NCBI GenBank assembly: GCA_013265495.1
Contig: MU057632.1
Coordinates: 294,054 to 358,053, forward strand
Direction: 5' to 3'
DNA: 64,000 nucleotides
Source: Vicugna vicugna
Lineage: Eukaryota
Positions 36,521-50,240 of this stretch are shown piece after piece (positions within the stretch are counted from its first letter, which is position 1; each line of letters begins with the position of its first letter). The notes under the pieces are model-generated. The model saw only the letters and a list, made by a program, of their open reading frames with translations, searched no databases and had not been told where the DNA came from. The position numbers and the translations under genes are program-made.

Positions 36521-37570
36521 TAGAAGACCACCTTCCCATGGGAGCTCTGCTGCCTCCAGACATCATCTTTCTAATGTGGATGTACATCTGTTTGGCTGTA
36601 TCTCTAGAGTTTGCTGGTTTCTGTCTTTCCCAGGACCATGCTCCAGCCGTCTGTTACCTCTGAGGGACAGGCCACCTGCTGCCTGTCACAGTGCTCACTG
36701 ATGCAACCTGTCACCTCCCCGAATCCACTACTTCCAATGTAGCCAGCCCCCCTCCTTTCAACAGCCACTGCCAGTGTCAGAAGGGAGCTTAGGTCGTGGT
36801 GTTCTGACTACCCAGGTCAATGTGCCTCTTGTATCTTGATTAGAATGTAATTTCTAGTAGGTGGTCATCTAGTTGCCTAAGTCTGACAGGCAAGGACCCA
36901 TTCATGTTTGAGGAAGTCCCTATGAACACTAATGACTAGCAGAAATGTTTTTCTTATGTGAACTTGAAATCAGGGCTTATGTAACACAGACAGTGATTTT
37001 GTATAAAGTAAAAAAAGTACCTGTTCTAGACAGACCAAGTTTAAAAACAAGTCTCTATATCCTACAGTCCAACCAAGGCCACAGGGTTTGGCCATGGGAA
37101 TGTGCACAGAATTTTTGCCTCACTTACCCCCTGGCTGGGTGTCCTTGTGCAAGACCCAGCCCAGACAATGCTATATGGTGGCCCACAGATTGGTTCTGGT
37201 TCTGCTCCTTGAGTCTCAATGGCTCTTTCCCACAAGAAGGCTCCAATTATTGGGTAACAGCCACTCAATTCCCTCTGCAGTTTCTCTTCTTTGGGCCAAA
37301 CATCTCAAGTTCCTTCCATTACTCCTCTTTACAAATGTTTGAAATGACTTCACCTCCTGCTTGGCTTTGTTTGGAGCATGCATCCATTTATCTGTATTTT
37401 TCTTCAAGTACACTATGAACCAAACAGAACAATACTGAACATTGGTTTCACCAAAGTGGAGTGGAGTGTGGTTCTAAGTCCTCTTGTTCTACAACATTCT
37501 GTATTTCTTTGGAATCAGCCTCAGACAGTAGACAGTTAGAACAGGATGGAAAGAGAGACTCTGAGCTTTA

Positions 37571-38067
37571 TCTATCTGTCTATTTATCTAGCTAGCTAGC
37601 TAGATATTATTGAAGTATAGTTGGTTCAAAATGTTGCATTAGTTCCTAGTGTGCAGCATAGTGATTCAGTTACATATACATGCATTTATTCCTTTTCATA
37701 ATCTTTTTCATTATAGGCTACTACAAGGTATTGAATGTAGTTCCCTATGCTGTACAGTAGGACCTTGATGCTTATTTTATGTACAGTAGTTTGTATCTAC
37801 TCTCAAATTCCCAATTTATCTTTCCTAATCCCTCTTCCCTCACTGGTAACCATAAGTTTGTTTTCTATGTCTGTAAGTTTGTTTCTGTTTTGTAAATAAG
37901 TTTGTTTGTGTCCTTTTTTTAGATTCCACATATAAATAATATCATAGGGTATTTTTCTTTCTCTTTCTGGCTTACTTCACTTAGTATGACAATCTCCAGG
38001 TCCAACCATGTTGCTACAATGGCATAATTTTATTCTTTTTTATGGCTGAGTAGTATTCCATCACTCA

Positions 38068-38106
<39 letters not shown>

Positions 38107-38512
38107 ACCCCTTATCTATCCAATAATTTATCAGTGGATTTTAGATTGCTTCCATGTCTTGGCTATTGTAAATAGTGCTGCTATGAATGTTGGGGTGCAT
38201 GTGTCTTTTCAAATTATAGTTTTTGCCAAATATATGCCCAGGAGTAGTATGATTGATGGAACAGAGTAATACTCTATTTTTACTTTTTGAGGAATTTCCA
38301 TACTGTTTTCCATAGTGGCTGCACAAACTACATTCCCACCAACAGTGTAGGAGGGTTCTGTTTCAGAACACCTCTTCTTCCTTATACTTTGTGGACTTTG
38401 GAATGATGGCCACTCTGACTGGTGTGAGGTGATAAGTCATTGTAGTTTTGATTTGCATTTCTCATAGTTAGAAATATGAAACATTTTTCATGTGCCTAAT
38501 GGCCATTTGTAT
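37571..38512 (-). mobile_element. L1 3' end with internal (CA)n microsatellite (~38062-38108)
   Basis: Antisense L1 3'UTR/ORF2 end; TSD gagactctgRgcttta at 37555-37570 and 38513-38528; tail decayed to (TATC)/(TAGC)n. Confidence 0.92.
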
Positions 38513-39299
38513 GAGACTCTGGGCTTTAAATAGCAAGTATTCTAAGGTAAATAACTATCAAACAGAACAAAACCAAAGTTATATTTTCTTAAGATCATTT
38601 CTTAAGAAGGAATATAAAGAAAGTTGTGAGTCACTCTGAGAAAGCAAAAGCAAAGTGGTTTTGTGTGATGAGTCTAATTAGGCTTAGTAGCTTATTTCCC
38701 TCCATAAAGCAAATGCTGATTTACACACATATTTCCAAACTATCTTCCTTCAAGTCCATGTACATACATATGCTTCTCACTCAGTTATTAAAATAATATG
38801 TAATCTGTACCTTATGTCAGTTATAACAGTGTCAGAGCTTTAGAATAATTTCATGAGACTAGACAGAAAAAAATAAACACATTTTGAGAGTAGCATATTT
38901 CACATAGAAAAAGGGGAGATGGTAAAAACAAAGAGGTTCTTGTCATTTTCTGTATTAAGAAAGGATCTTCTAATTAAGCCTTTAATGATATTGAAGATCT
39001 TGGTGGCAGAGGTCATGAAATTCAAGATCTTTAGGCAGCATATTACATCATGGCACTGTGAATTCTGAAACTGTTTTTATGCTTTTAAATTGACTGACTG
39101 ATGATTTGGATGAACTAACTAAATGGTCTGACTAAAATGTGGTCTGGAGGCTGACCCATGTGTCTAACTATTAACACATATTGGTATCATCTCTTTTGGC
39201 TTTTTTAGTAAATCAGAATAAGTTCTCCTGGAGAAGGCAGATGCATGATGTAAGGAGGGTGGAGGGAAGGAGAACAGGCATGATGGGAAATTCCAAGGT

Positions 39300-39540
39300 G
39301 GCGTAACAAACTTGTAAACATGGAGACTCCAGAGTCAGACAGATGTGGTCTCGGTCCTGACTCTCACTTTACACTGTGTGACATCTGGCCAAGCGATCTA
39401 ATTTATCTGAGCCCTAGTACCTCATATCTGAAACAGGGTTAATAATAGCTATTTTGAAGCAGTTTTGGAAGAATTAATTAAGATTATATTATGGAGGGCT
39501 CCCAGGATACAGCATATGTTCAATAAAATGTTCATTATTG
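39300..39540 (+). mobile_element. MIR SINE
   Basis: 'agagtcagacagatgtgg..cctgactct..ctgtgtgac..ctgagcc..cctcatatctgaaacagggttaataatag'. Confidence 0.82.
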
Positions 39541-40354
39541 TCTGTCTGTCATCCAGGAAAGTTGAGCCAGGCAAAATGGTACCAGGAGATGTCTGAAGGA
39601 CTGGAGAGCTGGGTTAGATCTTTAATTCATAATTTTTTTTGGTTCCAGTGTTGGTTAGAAACACCAGCTTTTACTCTTTCACTTTAAATAGATGTACTGT
39701 ACATACAGAAGAGCTGTGTACAGCAGCCCTTCTCTGCAGAAAAAAAGTTTCTCTTCTCATTATCCCACATTAAAGATTCTGGGGGCTTAAAAGCTCCCCA
39801 CAGTCAGAGAGTTAACAGACTGATTTGATGACTTGGAGTCCTCCTGGATGAGGATATATATGCAGAGAAGACATTATTAGTCATCTCCAGTTGTCAGCTG
39901 TGAAGTATGTAGCCAGGGACTAAGTAAATGATCTGTCCTAATTTCAACATATTGTTGGCTTTGGAATGGGGGCCAAGTTTTCATGACATGTCTCCAGCTG
40001 GCATCCCAGTAGGGCTAGTTTTCTGGATGGCAATGCATCCTGTCCAGGATCCCTATGATCAAAAGAACTCAGCAGGGGAATTAGCCTGTCAAAGAGATAA
40101 TGCTCTGTCTCTCCCAGAGAGTAGGGTTGTGACAGGACCATTATAAGATGCTGAGATAGGTTCGATATTTTGTAGGGAATCTACTAATTTCAGTTGATTC
40201 CTTTAATTACAGTAGATGAGGGAGATTACATCTATGAGATAGTTTGCTTATTAATTTTCTGTTTTTTTGGCCAACACTGTCTTTCGGTATACTTTTTCAT
40301 GATGACATATCTGTACATAAACAACAATGGAGCCTCTGTGTAGACAATCAGGAA

Positions 40355-40560
40355 AGAGAGTACAACACAACGGCATGAAAGAACTTGACATTCAGACCTG
40401 GAGGATTTGGGATTCAGGCCCGGGTTTTCACATACAGCTTGCAAGTTTCAGGGTAAAGTCACTTCACTATTTTAGCCTCAGATCACTCATCTACAAAGAA
40501 AGGGTTATGATATCCACCTCCAAAGATGCTACCAGGATTATAGGAAGGGATGTAAGTAAT
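40355..40560 (+). mobile_element. MIR SINE
   Basis: 'aagtcacttcactattttagcctcagatcactcatctacaaa'. Confidence 0.65.
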
Positions 40561-40999
40561 GGGGACCCTAAAGGTAAAAGGTTCTCAACAACTGTTTCCT
40601 GGATACAAGGCATGAAATATTTCTCATGGGGTGGTTCTCCAAATAGCAGCAACTTTACTATCTGTTAATTGAAAAAAATGTTCAAATATTGATTTAGATG
40701 TGAGAAGCTCTGTGTAACTCTTAGGACTCTATGGTTTTCCTATTCCCCTGGAATACACATCAGATCCTCTGACTGAAGGTGTCAAACATCTGAAACAAAA
40801 AAATTAAAGCTAGAAATGTATTACTCCAAATTTATAAAAAATAAATAAATGGAAAAGAAATCTAAGTAATTAAACTTTTCACATATTATTTTCTGTAAGT
40901 GTATAGCATTTGTATTTCTAAGTTAGTTAAAGCTAAAACTTCACTAAGATGTTTGGGACCGTGTGTGTGTGTGTGTGTGTTATTAAACTATGTCTAGTT

Positions 41000-41841
41000 T
41001 TTTTTAAATTTAAATTTATTCATTTATTTATTTTAGAATTTTATTTTTTTAACATTTTTATTGATTTATAATCATTTTACATAGAACTTCACTTTTTTTA
41101 ATTGAAGTATATAGTCAGTTTACAATGTTGTATCAATTTCTGGTGTACAGCACAATACTTTCACCATAGGCTACTACAAGGTACAGTTCCCAGTGCTCTA
41201 CAGTGTAAACTTTTAAATCTATTTTATATATACCAGTCGATATCGGCAAATCGCAAACTCCCAGTTTATCCCTTCCCACCCTCTTACCCGCTGGTAACCA
41301 TAAGTTTGTTTTCTGTCTGTGAGTCTGCTTCTGCTTTGTAAATAAGTTTGTTTGACTTTTTTTTTAGATTCCACATATGAGTGATAACATGGTATTTTTC
41401 TTTCTTTTTCTGGCTTACTTCACTTAGGATGACATTTTCCAGGCCATCCATGTTGCTGCAAATGGCATTATTTTATTATTTTTATGGCTGAGTAGTATTC
41501 CGTTGTAAAAATATACCACAACTTCTTTATCCAGTCATTATCAATGGACATTTAGGTTGTTTCCGTGACTTGGCTATTGTAAATAGTGCTGCTATGAACA
41601 TTGGGGTGCTGATGTCTTTTTGGATTAAGGTTCCCTCTGGATATATGCCGAGGAACGGGACTGCTGGATTGTATATTAAGTCTGTTTTTAGTCTTTTGAG
41701 GAATCTCCATACTGTTTTCCATCATGGCTGCGCAAAACTACATTCCCACGAGCAGCGTAGGAGGGTTCCCTTTTCTCCACAGCCTGTCCAGCATTTATCA
41801 TCTGTGGACTTTTGAATGAAGGCCATTCTGACTGGTGTGAG
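41000..41841 (-). mobile_element. L1 3' end, with a second short L1-like 3' tip at ~41045-41080
   Basis: Antisense L1 from 'ttgaagtatatagtcagtttacaatg' to 'ggccattctgactggtgtgag'. Confidence 0.9.
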
Positions 41842-42544
41842 TATAGTTGTTATTACTGATAAAAAATAGTATTTTCAAATAATTCAGCATGGCTTCCTAG
41901 AGTCAAATTCATTCACACTTTGGCTACTGCTAACATGATCATGTTTAATAAATGTTACTTTATGAGACTATCAGGTTACTTTGCAAATAACTAGGAAAAA
42001 AATCTCTCAAAAAAAAAAAAAGATAAAGAAAAGTCAAGCAGCTTAACTCAGGTCAGGTTCTGACCCAGATTTTCTCAGTGAGCACACACAGCTTCTGGGG
42101 AAAGAGTGTGGTATTTTGGAATTGGCATTGAGTTAGTCAGGCCACGAGGATAATCCTTAGATATTCATTACATATGTGAACTTTAGCTTTGTGTTCTGAG
42201 TGGTACTGATGGTCTGTCTATTAATATTTTGTTGATGATAAAAGCAGCACAGAGAGTCAGGTGGCACCGGATGGAGTGCTCCCTGGATACAGATCAGGCC
42301 AGAGTGTGCGCTGAGTTTCAAGCAGGTGTCAGTACGAGGAAAAAGGGAAAGGAATAGGAAAGTGTAGGTAAAAGCAAAGCAGAGAAGGAGAATATGTTGA
42401 GATAAAAGCATTTATGAGCAGAGCTGCAGGGTGTGGACCCAGGTTTGACATGTGGGCTTTGCGCTCCATGGGGAGGGAGGCTGCCGACTCTGTGCCCTGG
42501 GCTGAGACCCAGACTGTGTGCCCAGGCAGTGTCACTCCCGTAGG

Positions 42545-42787
42545 AGAAAGTAGAGATCAAAATTGGAAGTTTGGGATTAACAGACACACTACTGTACATA
42601 AAACAGATAAACAACAAAGACCTCCTGTAGAGCACAGGGAACTACATTCAATTTCTTACAATAAGCTACGATGGAAAAGAATCTAAAAATATATGTATGT
42701 GTATGCATAACTGAATTGCTTTGCTGTACATCTGAAACTAACACTGTGAATCAACTACTCTTCCACAAAGAATAAAATTTAAAAAAG
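42545..42787 (+). mobile_element. L1 3' end
   Basis: 'agtttgggattaacagacacacactactg..aacagataaacaacaa..tctgaaactaacactgtgaatcaacta'. Confidence 0.88.
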
Positions 42788-44079
42788 AGAATGTCATACT
42801 TTCATTGTCTACTCACAACATGCAATACTTATATTTGTTCAATACAACTTCAAACATTTGACATTTTCAGCTGTAATTTGTATGCTACCATCTTCAGCCA
42901 TAATTTTAGAGAAATTTTTTGGAATAAATCAAACACCCTAACAACAGTTTTAAAGTAATACTTTAAAGAAGTGTTTGTTACAGAAATACCAGTATCTGCA
43001 TGAAACTAATCACCTACGTTGTCGTCCACAGAGAAATCAACCAGTCTTCTCTGGGTCTACTTCCTCCCCTTTACCTACCAGTGAGCTATTTAAAAAAATT
43101 AGTTTTGATTATTTCACAGAATGGTGGTGTAGTTGGCCCTCTTAGTGGGTACATTTGCCTTTCCCTAAGTCCTCTTGAGTCTTTTCAATAAAATGCATTG
43201 GATTTAATGAGAAAAATATTGTGTAATCATAGGCAAAAACTGTAAATTTTAGAAAGGCATTATTGAGAAAAGACAACTGGATCAAAGAAATACTCACTTC
43301 TAATGTGGGTATGATTCCTGGCGTTAGGCTGACACATCTTGCCCGCTGAGAACAGACTTGTTTGACCTTGTTTGTGTTGCCATTCTGGTACTGTGCTCAT
43401 AAGAATTAAGACACAAAGGAGGGTCTGGAAAAAGTGTAGTCTCTCTGTGGCCATACAGTCTGGACATACAAACGAAGAGGTCAGGAGCTTTCTAGGAGTC
43501 TGGGCTCATGCTTCTCCTGCCTTCCCATCTAACACATTACAGACACGCCTGCTTGCTTAAGAAATACAGTCTATGAACAGTGCTGAGTATGTTTACACAC
43601 AAAGTCAATCGGGTCAGCTACTCTGCCATGAGACACTTCTAGTTTTTAGCTTGTGTTCTGCAGAAAATTATACATTTCTTTTTTGGGGGGGCTATGTTCC
43701 TAAGAATAACAGGGCCAAGGTATTTAGCTTAGAGAAAAGCAAACACATGCTAATCTTTAGATATAAAAAAGGCATGGGGTAAGTTTTCTTCCCTAGCCTA
43801 ACAGCATCCCTGGAAGGGAGCTATCACACTAGAACGAGCTTAGGGGATACTCTGCAAATTAGTAAAAACATTTTTGGAAAGCTGTTTGCTGAGAGTTTTG
43901 AAAAATATTTTTAAAAAAATCTAAAAGGAAAGACTGAGGGAAAACACAGGTCTCCAAGCACTCTGTGAATCACAGCCAGAAAGCCAACTATTTGCTACTG
44001 CCCTTTCTTGTGCAGTGATTAGTGTATCTGAAGTCGATTCAGAACTCTGAGTCAACTTCCTTTTTCAATACAGTAGACA

Positions 44080-44900
44080 TGACATTCACGCCAACCAACA
44101 CGCTCCTCCTCAGAGATTTTGCCTTCCCTCTCCCCAAGAAGTCCTCTTGGCCCATGACAGGACCTACCCCGGCCACCCAGTCACAGCTGCTTGGATTGGG
44201 GTGACAGCTGACCAGAGCTGGACAGTCAGTCCTTTTCTGAGAAATCTGGACTCAGAGCATAAGGATGGGAGTCTGGTTTGAAAGTTCACATCATGTCGGA
44301 GCCAAACTTAGCACCACTGCCAGGTAGGACTGCAGCCAAACCCAGAGATCTAGTGTGGGGCTATGGAGCCCAGAGCAGGCAGAATACTCTGCAAAGGGTA
44401 GGAGCACAGGAGACACAGCAAGGGAGCTGATCCAGGAAATAAAGACCCCATCAGAGGTGAGTTCCTTGAGATGGTTTCACTTAATTTCTCCACTTGGCAA
44501 CTGGGGTGGATCCATGTTTTGTGGGGCCTGAGACATACACAGTTTCACAGTCACAATACAAGATTCGGTACCAGGGCCCTGGAACTTACACTGCATGACT
44601 CTACGTGGTCCACTGTTTACGATCACCTGGTTTCTGATGGAGATAGCAAAGCCACGCCAAGGGCTCAGGAGGAATCAGGGCTGGTTCTGAAAGGATCCTT
44701 CCCTGGAGGCCCTGGACTGGGGACAGTATGGTGAATTCTTTAGCCATCCCAACTCTGGAAGCCCCACGTGCTCCCAGGGCTCTGAGGGCAATACTCATTC
44801 ATTTACTCTCTGACTCCCCCCACACCTTCCCGCCCCTCCTGCTGTGTCAGTGGTGCTGCTGGCTCCCTGGGAATTTACTTGTGTTTTACGTGACCCTTGA
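44080..44900 (+). mobile_element. Degenerate MLT1-type (MaLR) LTR remnant
   Basis: 'ggccac..cacagctgcttggattggggtgacagctgaccagagctggacagtcagtcctt' resembles old MLT1 LTRs. Confidence 0.4.
44501..44618 (+). mobile_element. MER53-like hAT element
   Basis: 'ggggtggatccatgttttgtggggcctga..aatacaagattcggtaccagggccctggaa'. Confidence 0.65.
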
Positions 44901-45629
44901 AAGGGAGCTCCGATGTTTATTTTCTGTATCTGGAATTCTGCGGACTGGTCGGCATCGTTAAAACCATCTGCTTTCTTTTTGAGTCATTATTCGTTAAAAA
45001 AGGGAAAATTTATGAGGCACATGCTGTGTCCCTGTCTGGCTGGACTTCTCCCTCCTGGTCACATCCTGGAAATATTTCACATGGCTTCGTGGCCACTCTT
45101 TTAATCCTATGAGGCTGAGAACAGTTTAGGAGACGGGGTAGCTGTATTTCTGCTGCTGTCTGAAAACGTGAGCTCTTGGCCGCAATCTATACAGCACACT
45201 TCAGATAAGGCTTCTAATACTGGCTACATCAATACTCGTCTCTGTGAAATGAACAGAAAAGACAATCAAAGGGAAAACGACTCAGAGTCAAGGGGATGCC
45301 TCTTCTGTCCCCCATCCCCCCACAATACCCACAGCACACACGTGTGCGCACACAGATTGTAGAGCCCTGCAGGGCAGCAGTGACCCAGAAACACATCAGC
45401 ACTAAGACAAAAAAGACATAAAAATCACAGGAACTAAATTCAGACCCCCACGTATGAAATACAATAATGTTTTTGAAGGAAGAACTATACCTGGAATGAA
45501 TGGATTTTTACAGGGAGAGTGGATACTGCTTGATTAACTTTCTGACAGTAGAAAGTGAACAACTGAATTCTCTAAAAGTCACCAACCCTGAACATTAAAA
45601 AGGGAGCAAAAGCAACATACACAGTGATG

Positions 45630-45820
45630 TATACTAGGTAATTTTTGTACTAAGTGCATTCCATGAATTCTTGCACAGAATTCCCCAAAGAGCTCGGTGT
45701 TCTTCTTCTTCTTATTTGATAGATGGGGAAACTGAAACTTAGAAAAGGTTAAGGGAGTTAAACTGACACCCTGAGCAAAGGTGACACAGAGACTCCAATA
45801 TCTGCATGCCAGGGCTTTTA
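45630..45820 (-). mobile_element. MIR SINE
   Basis: 'atagatggggaaactgaaacttagaaaaggttaagggagtt'. Confidence 0.7.
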
Positions 45821-46299
45821 AAAACCATTTTCCCCCAAGACAGAGTGAGCACCTGGCAAAAGTCTTGTTGAAACAATCCGTTTGGACTGAAGTTTAAACA
45901 GAATTGGGGGCAGGTCTCTGTTCTATTCTGCTGCCTTGCGGGTGGTATTTCAGAGGAAAACAATATTAGCTGGAACAAAAATAGGGGTAGACCTGAGGAA
46001 TCTGTCCCATACTTGTGACGCTGAGCATTATAAGCCTCATATGGTTTTATTTGAGTACTTGTCTTTCTTATCTCTTTGCTGGGTCTTGCTTTTCAGAAAA
46101 GGGCACTGTCTTCCCTTTGGTGTCCTGTTCGATATCTTACCCAGAGAAGAAGTCCCAATTACTTATGGAGGGCAGAGACCACGAGAGGAAAAAGATTTTT
46201 TTGGATACGTAAGATGGCAAAATTATAAAGAAGTAACAGAAGTGGAGGACCAATAGGTATTTAAAAATCAGGAATAAGTGAGGGAGGCAGGCGCAAAGA

Positions 46300-46442
46300 T
46301 ACAAAATTTCTTGTAATAACATATACTTGGAAAAAATATGAAAAGAAAAAAATATATGGACGTATATATATGTATAATGGAATCACTCTGCTGTACATCG
46401 GAAACTAACATTGTGAATCATCCACACTTCAATAAAAAAAAA
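46300..46442 (+). mobile_element. Short L1 3' tip
   Basis: 'tcttgtaataac..gaatcactctgctgtacatcggaaactaacattgtgaatca..cttcaataaaaaaa'. Confidence 0.85.
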
Positions 46443-46904
46443 GTACAGAGCATAAGTATTTTAGGTCAAGCAAAGATAAAATCATATTAGACAAAGTGAT
46501 GTATGATAAGCTTGAAAGAAAAACTGAAGAATGTGAGGAAAACAATTATAAATTATTGCTCAGTGATTTCGACACATTGGAGTAAAGTTTATTTGATAAC
46601 TTTTGCTACCCATGTTTAAAAAACTAAAAAACCCAGTATTATTCCTACCATTAGATTTTTAAAATGCCATTGATGGGAATTTTTCTTACAACATTATGTA
46701 ATGGAAGCGCATATGTAGTTAAAAGGGAAATTATTATTATTATTATAGGGTTCTATTATAATAAAATTTTATTATCATAGGAGAGAGCCTTGAAAATTTT
46801 TAATGAGGACATTTATACACTCTTTGAGTATATAAACCTTTTAAATTTCTATGGCCTAAACATGCCCAGTCTGAAGAAAGATGGGAATAAGAGAACACCT
46901 TAAA

Positions 46905-47177
46905 ATTTTTGAAATAAGTATAGACCTACAGAAGTTGCAAAAATAGTACTGGAAGTTTCCATAAACCCGTCACTACACTTCTCCCAATGGTAACATCTTA
47001 AGTAATTATAATACTTTTTCAGAACCAAATTGGCTTTGGCACAATAATCACACTACAGACCTAACTCAGATTTCATTTGTTTTCATGCTGTTTTGAATGT
47101 GTGTATAATTTTATGAAATTTTCTTACATGCATGGATTTGTGCTACCTACCAACACCACAATCAAGATGCAGAACTG
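46905..47177 (-). mobile_element. L1MC/MD-type 3' end
   Basis: 'ttttgaaataa.tatagac.tacagaagttgcaaaaatagtac..cttctcccaatggtaacatctta..accacaatcaagatgcagaac'. Confidence 0.78.
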
Positions 47178-47674
47178 GGGAACAAAATGAGCAATAACAG
47201 AGAGATGCTATATATAAGAAAACTATTCTAAGGAAGACAAATCAATGCGATACAAGGCCAGAAATATTAAAAGAAAAAAAACTGGAAAAATTAAATAGAA
47301 AGGAAAAATATAAAACCCTGAAAATAGAAAGGTGGGGGTACAATGATGTAAAAATCACATTTGGAAGGTTACCACTTTCAGAAGACTCAGTAAATATCAA
47401 CATATCTGAGCCACATTGCACAAGGGAGGGGCAAAGCCAGGAAAAATGTAATAACATGTTGGCAAAAACAGCCTTTTTTCTTGAAAAAAGGGTATGTGGC
47501 GACAGAAACACAGGGACCTCGATCTCACTGAAGAAATGCAAATTAAGTTTTGAAATGCATTTCTATGGACACAGAAATACAGATATTAAGGAAAATGTTA
47601 TAAATAAGATTGTTACTCAAGTCAGAACAAATGAGTGATACAGACTGTAGCTATAAAAGAGATTTATATTTAAA

Positions 47675-47850
47675 TTTACTTTTATTTATTTATTTATGTA
47701 ATTGAAGTATAGTCGGTTTACAACATTGTGTTAGTTTCTGGTGTACAGCATAGTGATTCATAGTCTTTTCCATTATAAGTTATTACAAGATATTGAATAT
47801 AGTTCCCTGTGCTGTACAGTAGGACCTTGTTGTTTATCTATTTTATATGT
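47675..47850 (-). mobile_element. Short L1 3' tip
   Basis: 'attgaagtatagtcggtttacaacattgtgttagtttctggtgtacagcatagtgattca'. Confidence 0.88.
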
Positions 47851-49649
47851 ATTTTTTATTATTAATTCTTCTTAGATCATACATTTGCCAACCATGTAAG
47901 AACCCTTATCTGAGGGACTAAAATTCACATAGGGAACCTTTGAACCTTTTGAAGGAAGAGGCTCCCATAAATGAAGTCACTGTCAACTGCACACATCATT
48001 GTGACAAAGAAAAGTCAGCAAGTCAATACATGTCAGGCAGGCTGTGGTCTAAACCAAAGTTTCATGTCTGTTGACTTTCCAGAAGACCTCTCTTTAGAAT
48101 GCCTGAGTAAATTGGGGGAAAAAAGTCAACGACAGAAATGTTCAAATCTTTAACAGAACAGAACCAAAATGGAAACACCATTCGCATGCAGCTGTGTCTA
48201 ATAAAACTATTTTAAAATGCTCATTCAAAATCTAAACAGTCAGAGTGTTTACTTCGCTCAATTCATAAAGAACAAAAAAACCCCTCTCATTTAATGTCTT
48301 ATGAGAGGGATAGATATGAATTACACACTTTATACACGATCCTATATTCAACTCCTTGGTTAATCAAATCTCAAGGTAAACTCAGAAACACTGACAAATT
48401 CAAAGCAACATTTTTAGTGAAGATTTTCAGAAGACAGGCCCTTTAGCTGAAATTTAATTTAAAACCTCATCTCTACCGGAGGCTGAAATCTGCACGGTGA
48501 ATTTTATGTCTCAGCTGGTAGCACTCATTATTTCTACAGCTTAATGTGCTCCTGACTCATAAACCACTTACTTCCAAGCCCCTGGTTTCCATAATAGTGC
48601 TTATTCCAGTCTAAGATTAGCTAAAATTTCACCAGAGTGCCTTTCCCGATGAAGTGAAGCCACATGAGTATCATTTCCTTGGTGTCTTGTCGGAATAACT
48701 GAAAATACTTAACTAAACTGAATAACGTAGTTGTATTCCAGCCTTGTCTAGATCGTGGTATATAAAACAGACCTACCTACTTATGCATGAATTCGTGTGT
48801 GGGTGTGTGTATTTACACAGTCAGAAACAAAGATTACCTGTCTTCATTTGAATTCCTATTTGTGTTAATAACTGCTTTATTTCTAAACCCCAGTATTTTA
48901 GTAAAATAATGCACTGAATTTAACTCAGACTTGAAGAGCATTTTTCCAGTTTCTACTTAATTTTTATCAGCAATTTCATGCTCCATAAAAATAAACTTCT
49001 ATCCTCATTAGTAGAAATAAATAAATAAATAAACGCTTACATTTCAGACAGTCTTAATTTATCTTGTTTAAAATGCTGGATCTGAGAAAAAAATATTTTG
49101 GTCTCCCATGGCATCGTTCCTTACCTTCCTATCAGAAGCATGAACTTAATCTGAATGCTTAATCCTGGAGAGGCTTGGTGAGGACACTATAATTCGCACT
49201 GGGTGAGGCGTGGTGCTGTCTCTTTTCTAATGTGTGATAATTGATGATAAAACAATGGCCACTGATGAGTGAGTGCTTACAGAGCACATCTCGTTCCTCT
49301 TAATAGAGGCAAAGTATCATTATCCGCAGTACAAAATGTGAACATCAAGAGCCGTTTGCTCAGTGAGGCCAGGGACACTGAAAACGATAATTATGTCTTT
49401 TCTTCCCCAAGGCCATGTAATTACAATGCAAAGATTGTGGATCCACAAACGACACTTCTCCGGCATGATAAAATTAATCTCTGTGTTCTGATCATCCATG
49501 TCATCTGTTTTTTTTGTGTGTATGTATACATTTCTATATTTGTGTAGATATACACAGACACTTATGTTTGTTTCTGTCACCAACTTCTTATCAAGTCATT
49601 TAGCTATGATTCCTGCAGGCGTTGACACTACAAAAAGGTTGAATAGAAG

Positions 49650-50240
49650 AAAAGACACATGCACCCCAATGTTCATAGCAGCACTATTTACAATAGCCAA
49701 GACATGGAAGCAACCGAAATGAATGGATGAAGATGTGGTCTATATATACCATGAAATATTACTCAGCCATAAAAAAGAATGAAATTATGCCATTTGCAGC
49801 AACATGGATGGACCTAGAGATTGTCAAATTAAGTGAAGTAAGTCAGACAGAGAAAGACAAACATCGTATGATACCAGTTATATGTGGAATCTAAAAAGAT
49901 GACACAAATTTTATTTACAAACCAAAAACAGACTCATGGGCATAGAAAACAAACTATGGTTACCAAAGGGGAAAGGGCAGAGAAGGAATAAATTAGGAGT
50001 TTCAGATTAACAGATACACACTAATATATATATATATAAAATAGATAAACAACAAGGACCTATTGTACAGCACAGGAAATTATATTCAATTTCTTGTAAT
50101 AACCTATAATGAAAAAGAATCTGAAAAAAGTAAGTATAACTGAATTGCTTTGTTGTACACCTGAAACTAACACTGTAAACCAATTACGTTTCAATAAAAA
50201 GTAAAATTAAGAAAATAAATAAGACCAAAGAAAGAAAAGA
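49650..50240 (+). mobile_element. L1 3' end
   Basis: 'aaagacacatgcaccccaatgttcatagcagcactatttacaatagccaagacatggaagcaacc' ([25 protein letters not shown]2 C-terminus) through to aataaa and A-tail. Confidence 0.93.

Noticed and set aside
36945..37418. 157-aa ATG ORF
   Set aside because: Composition is typical of random non-coding translation, with no domain motif or splice context.
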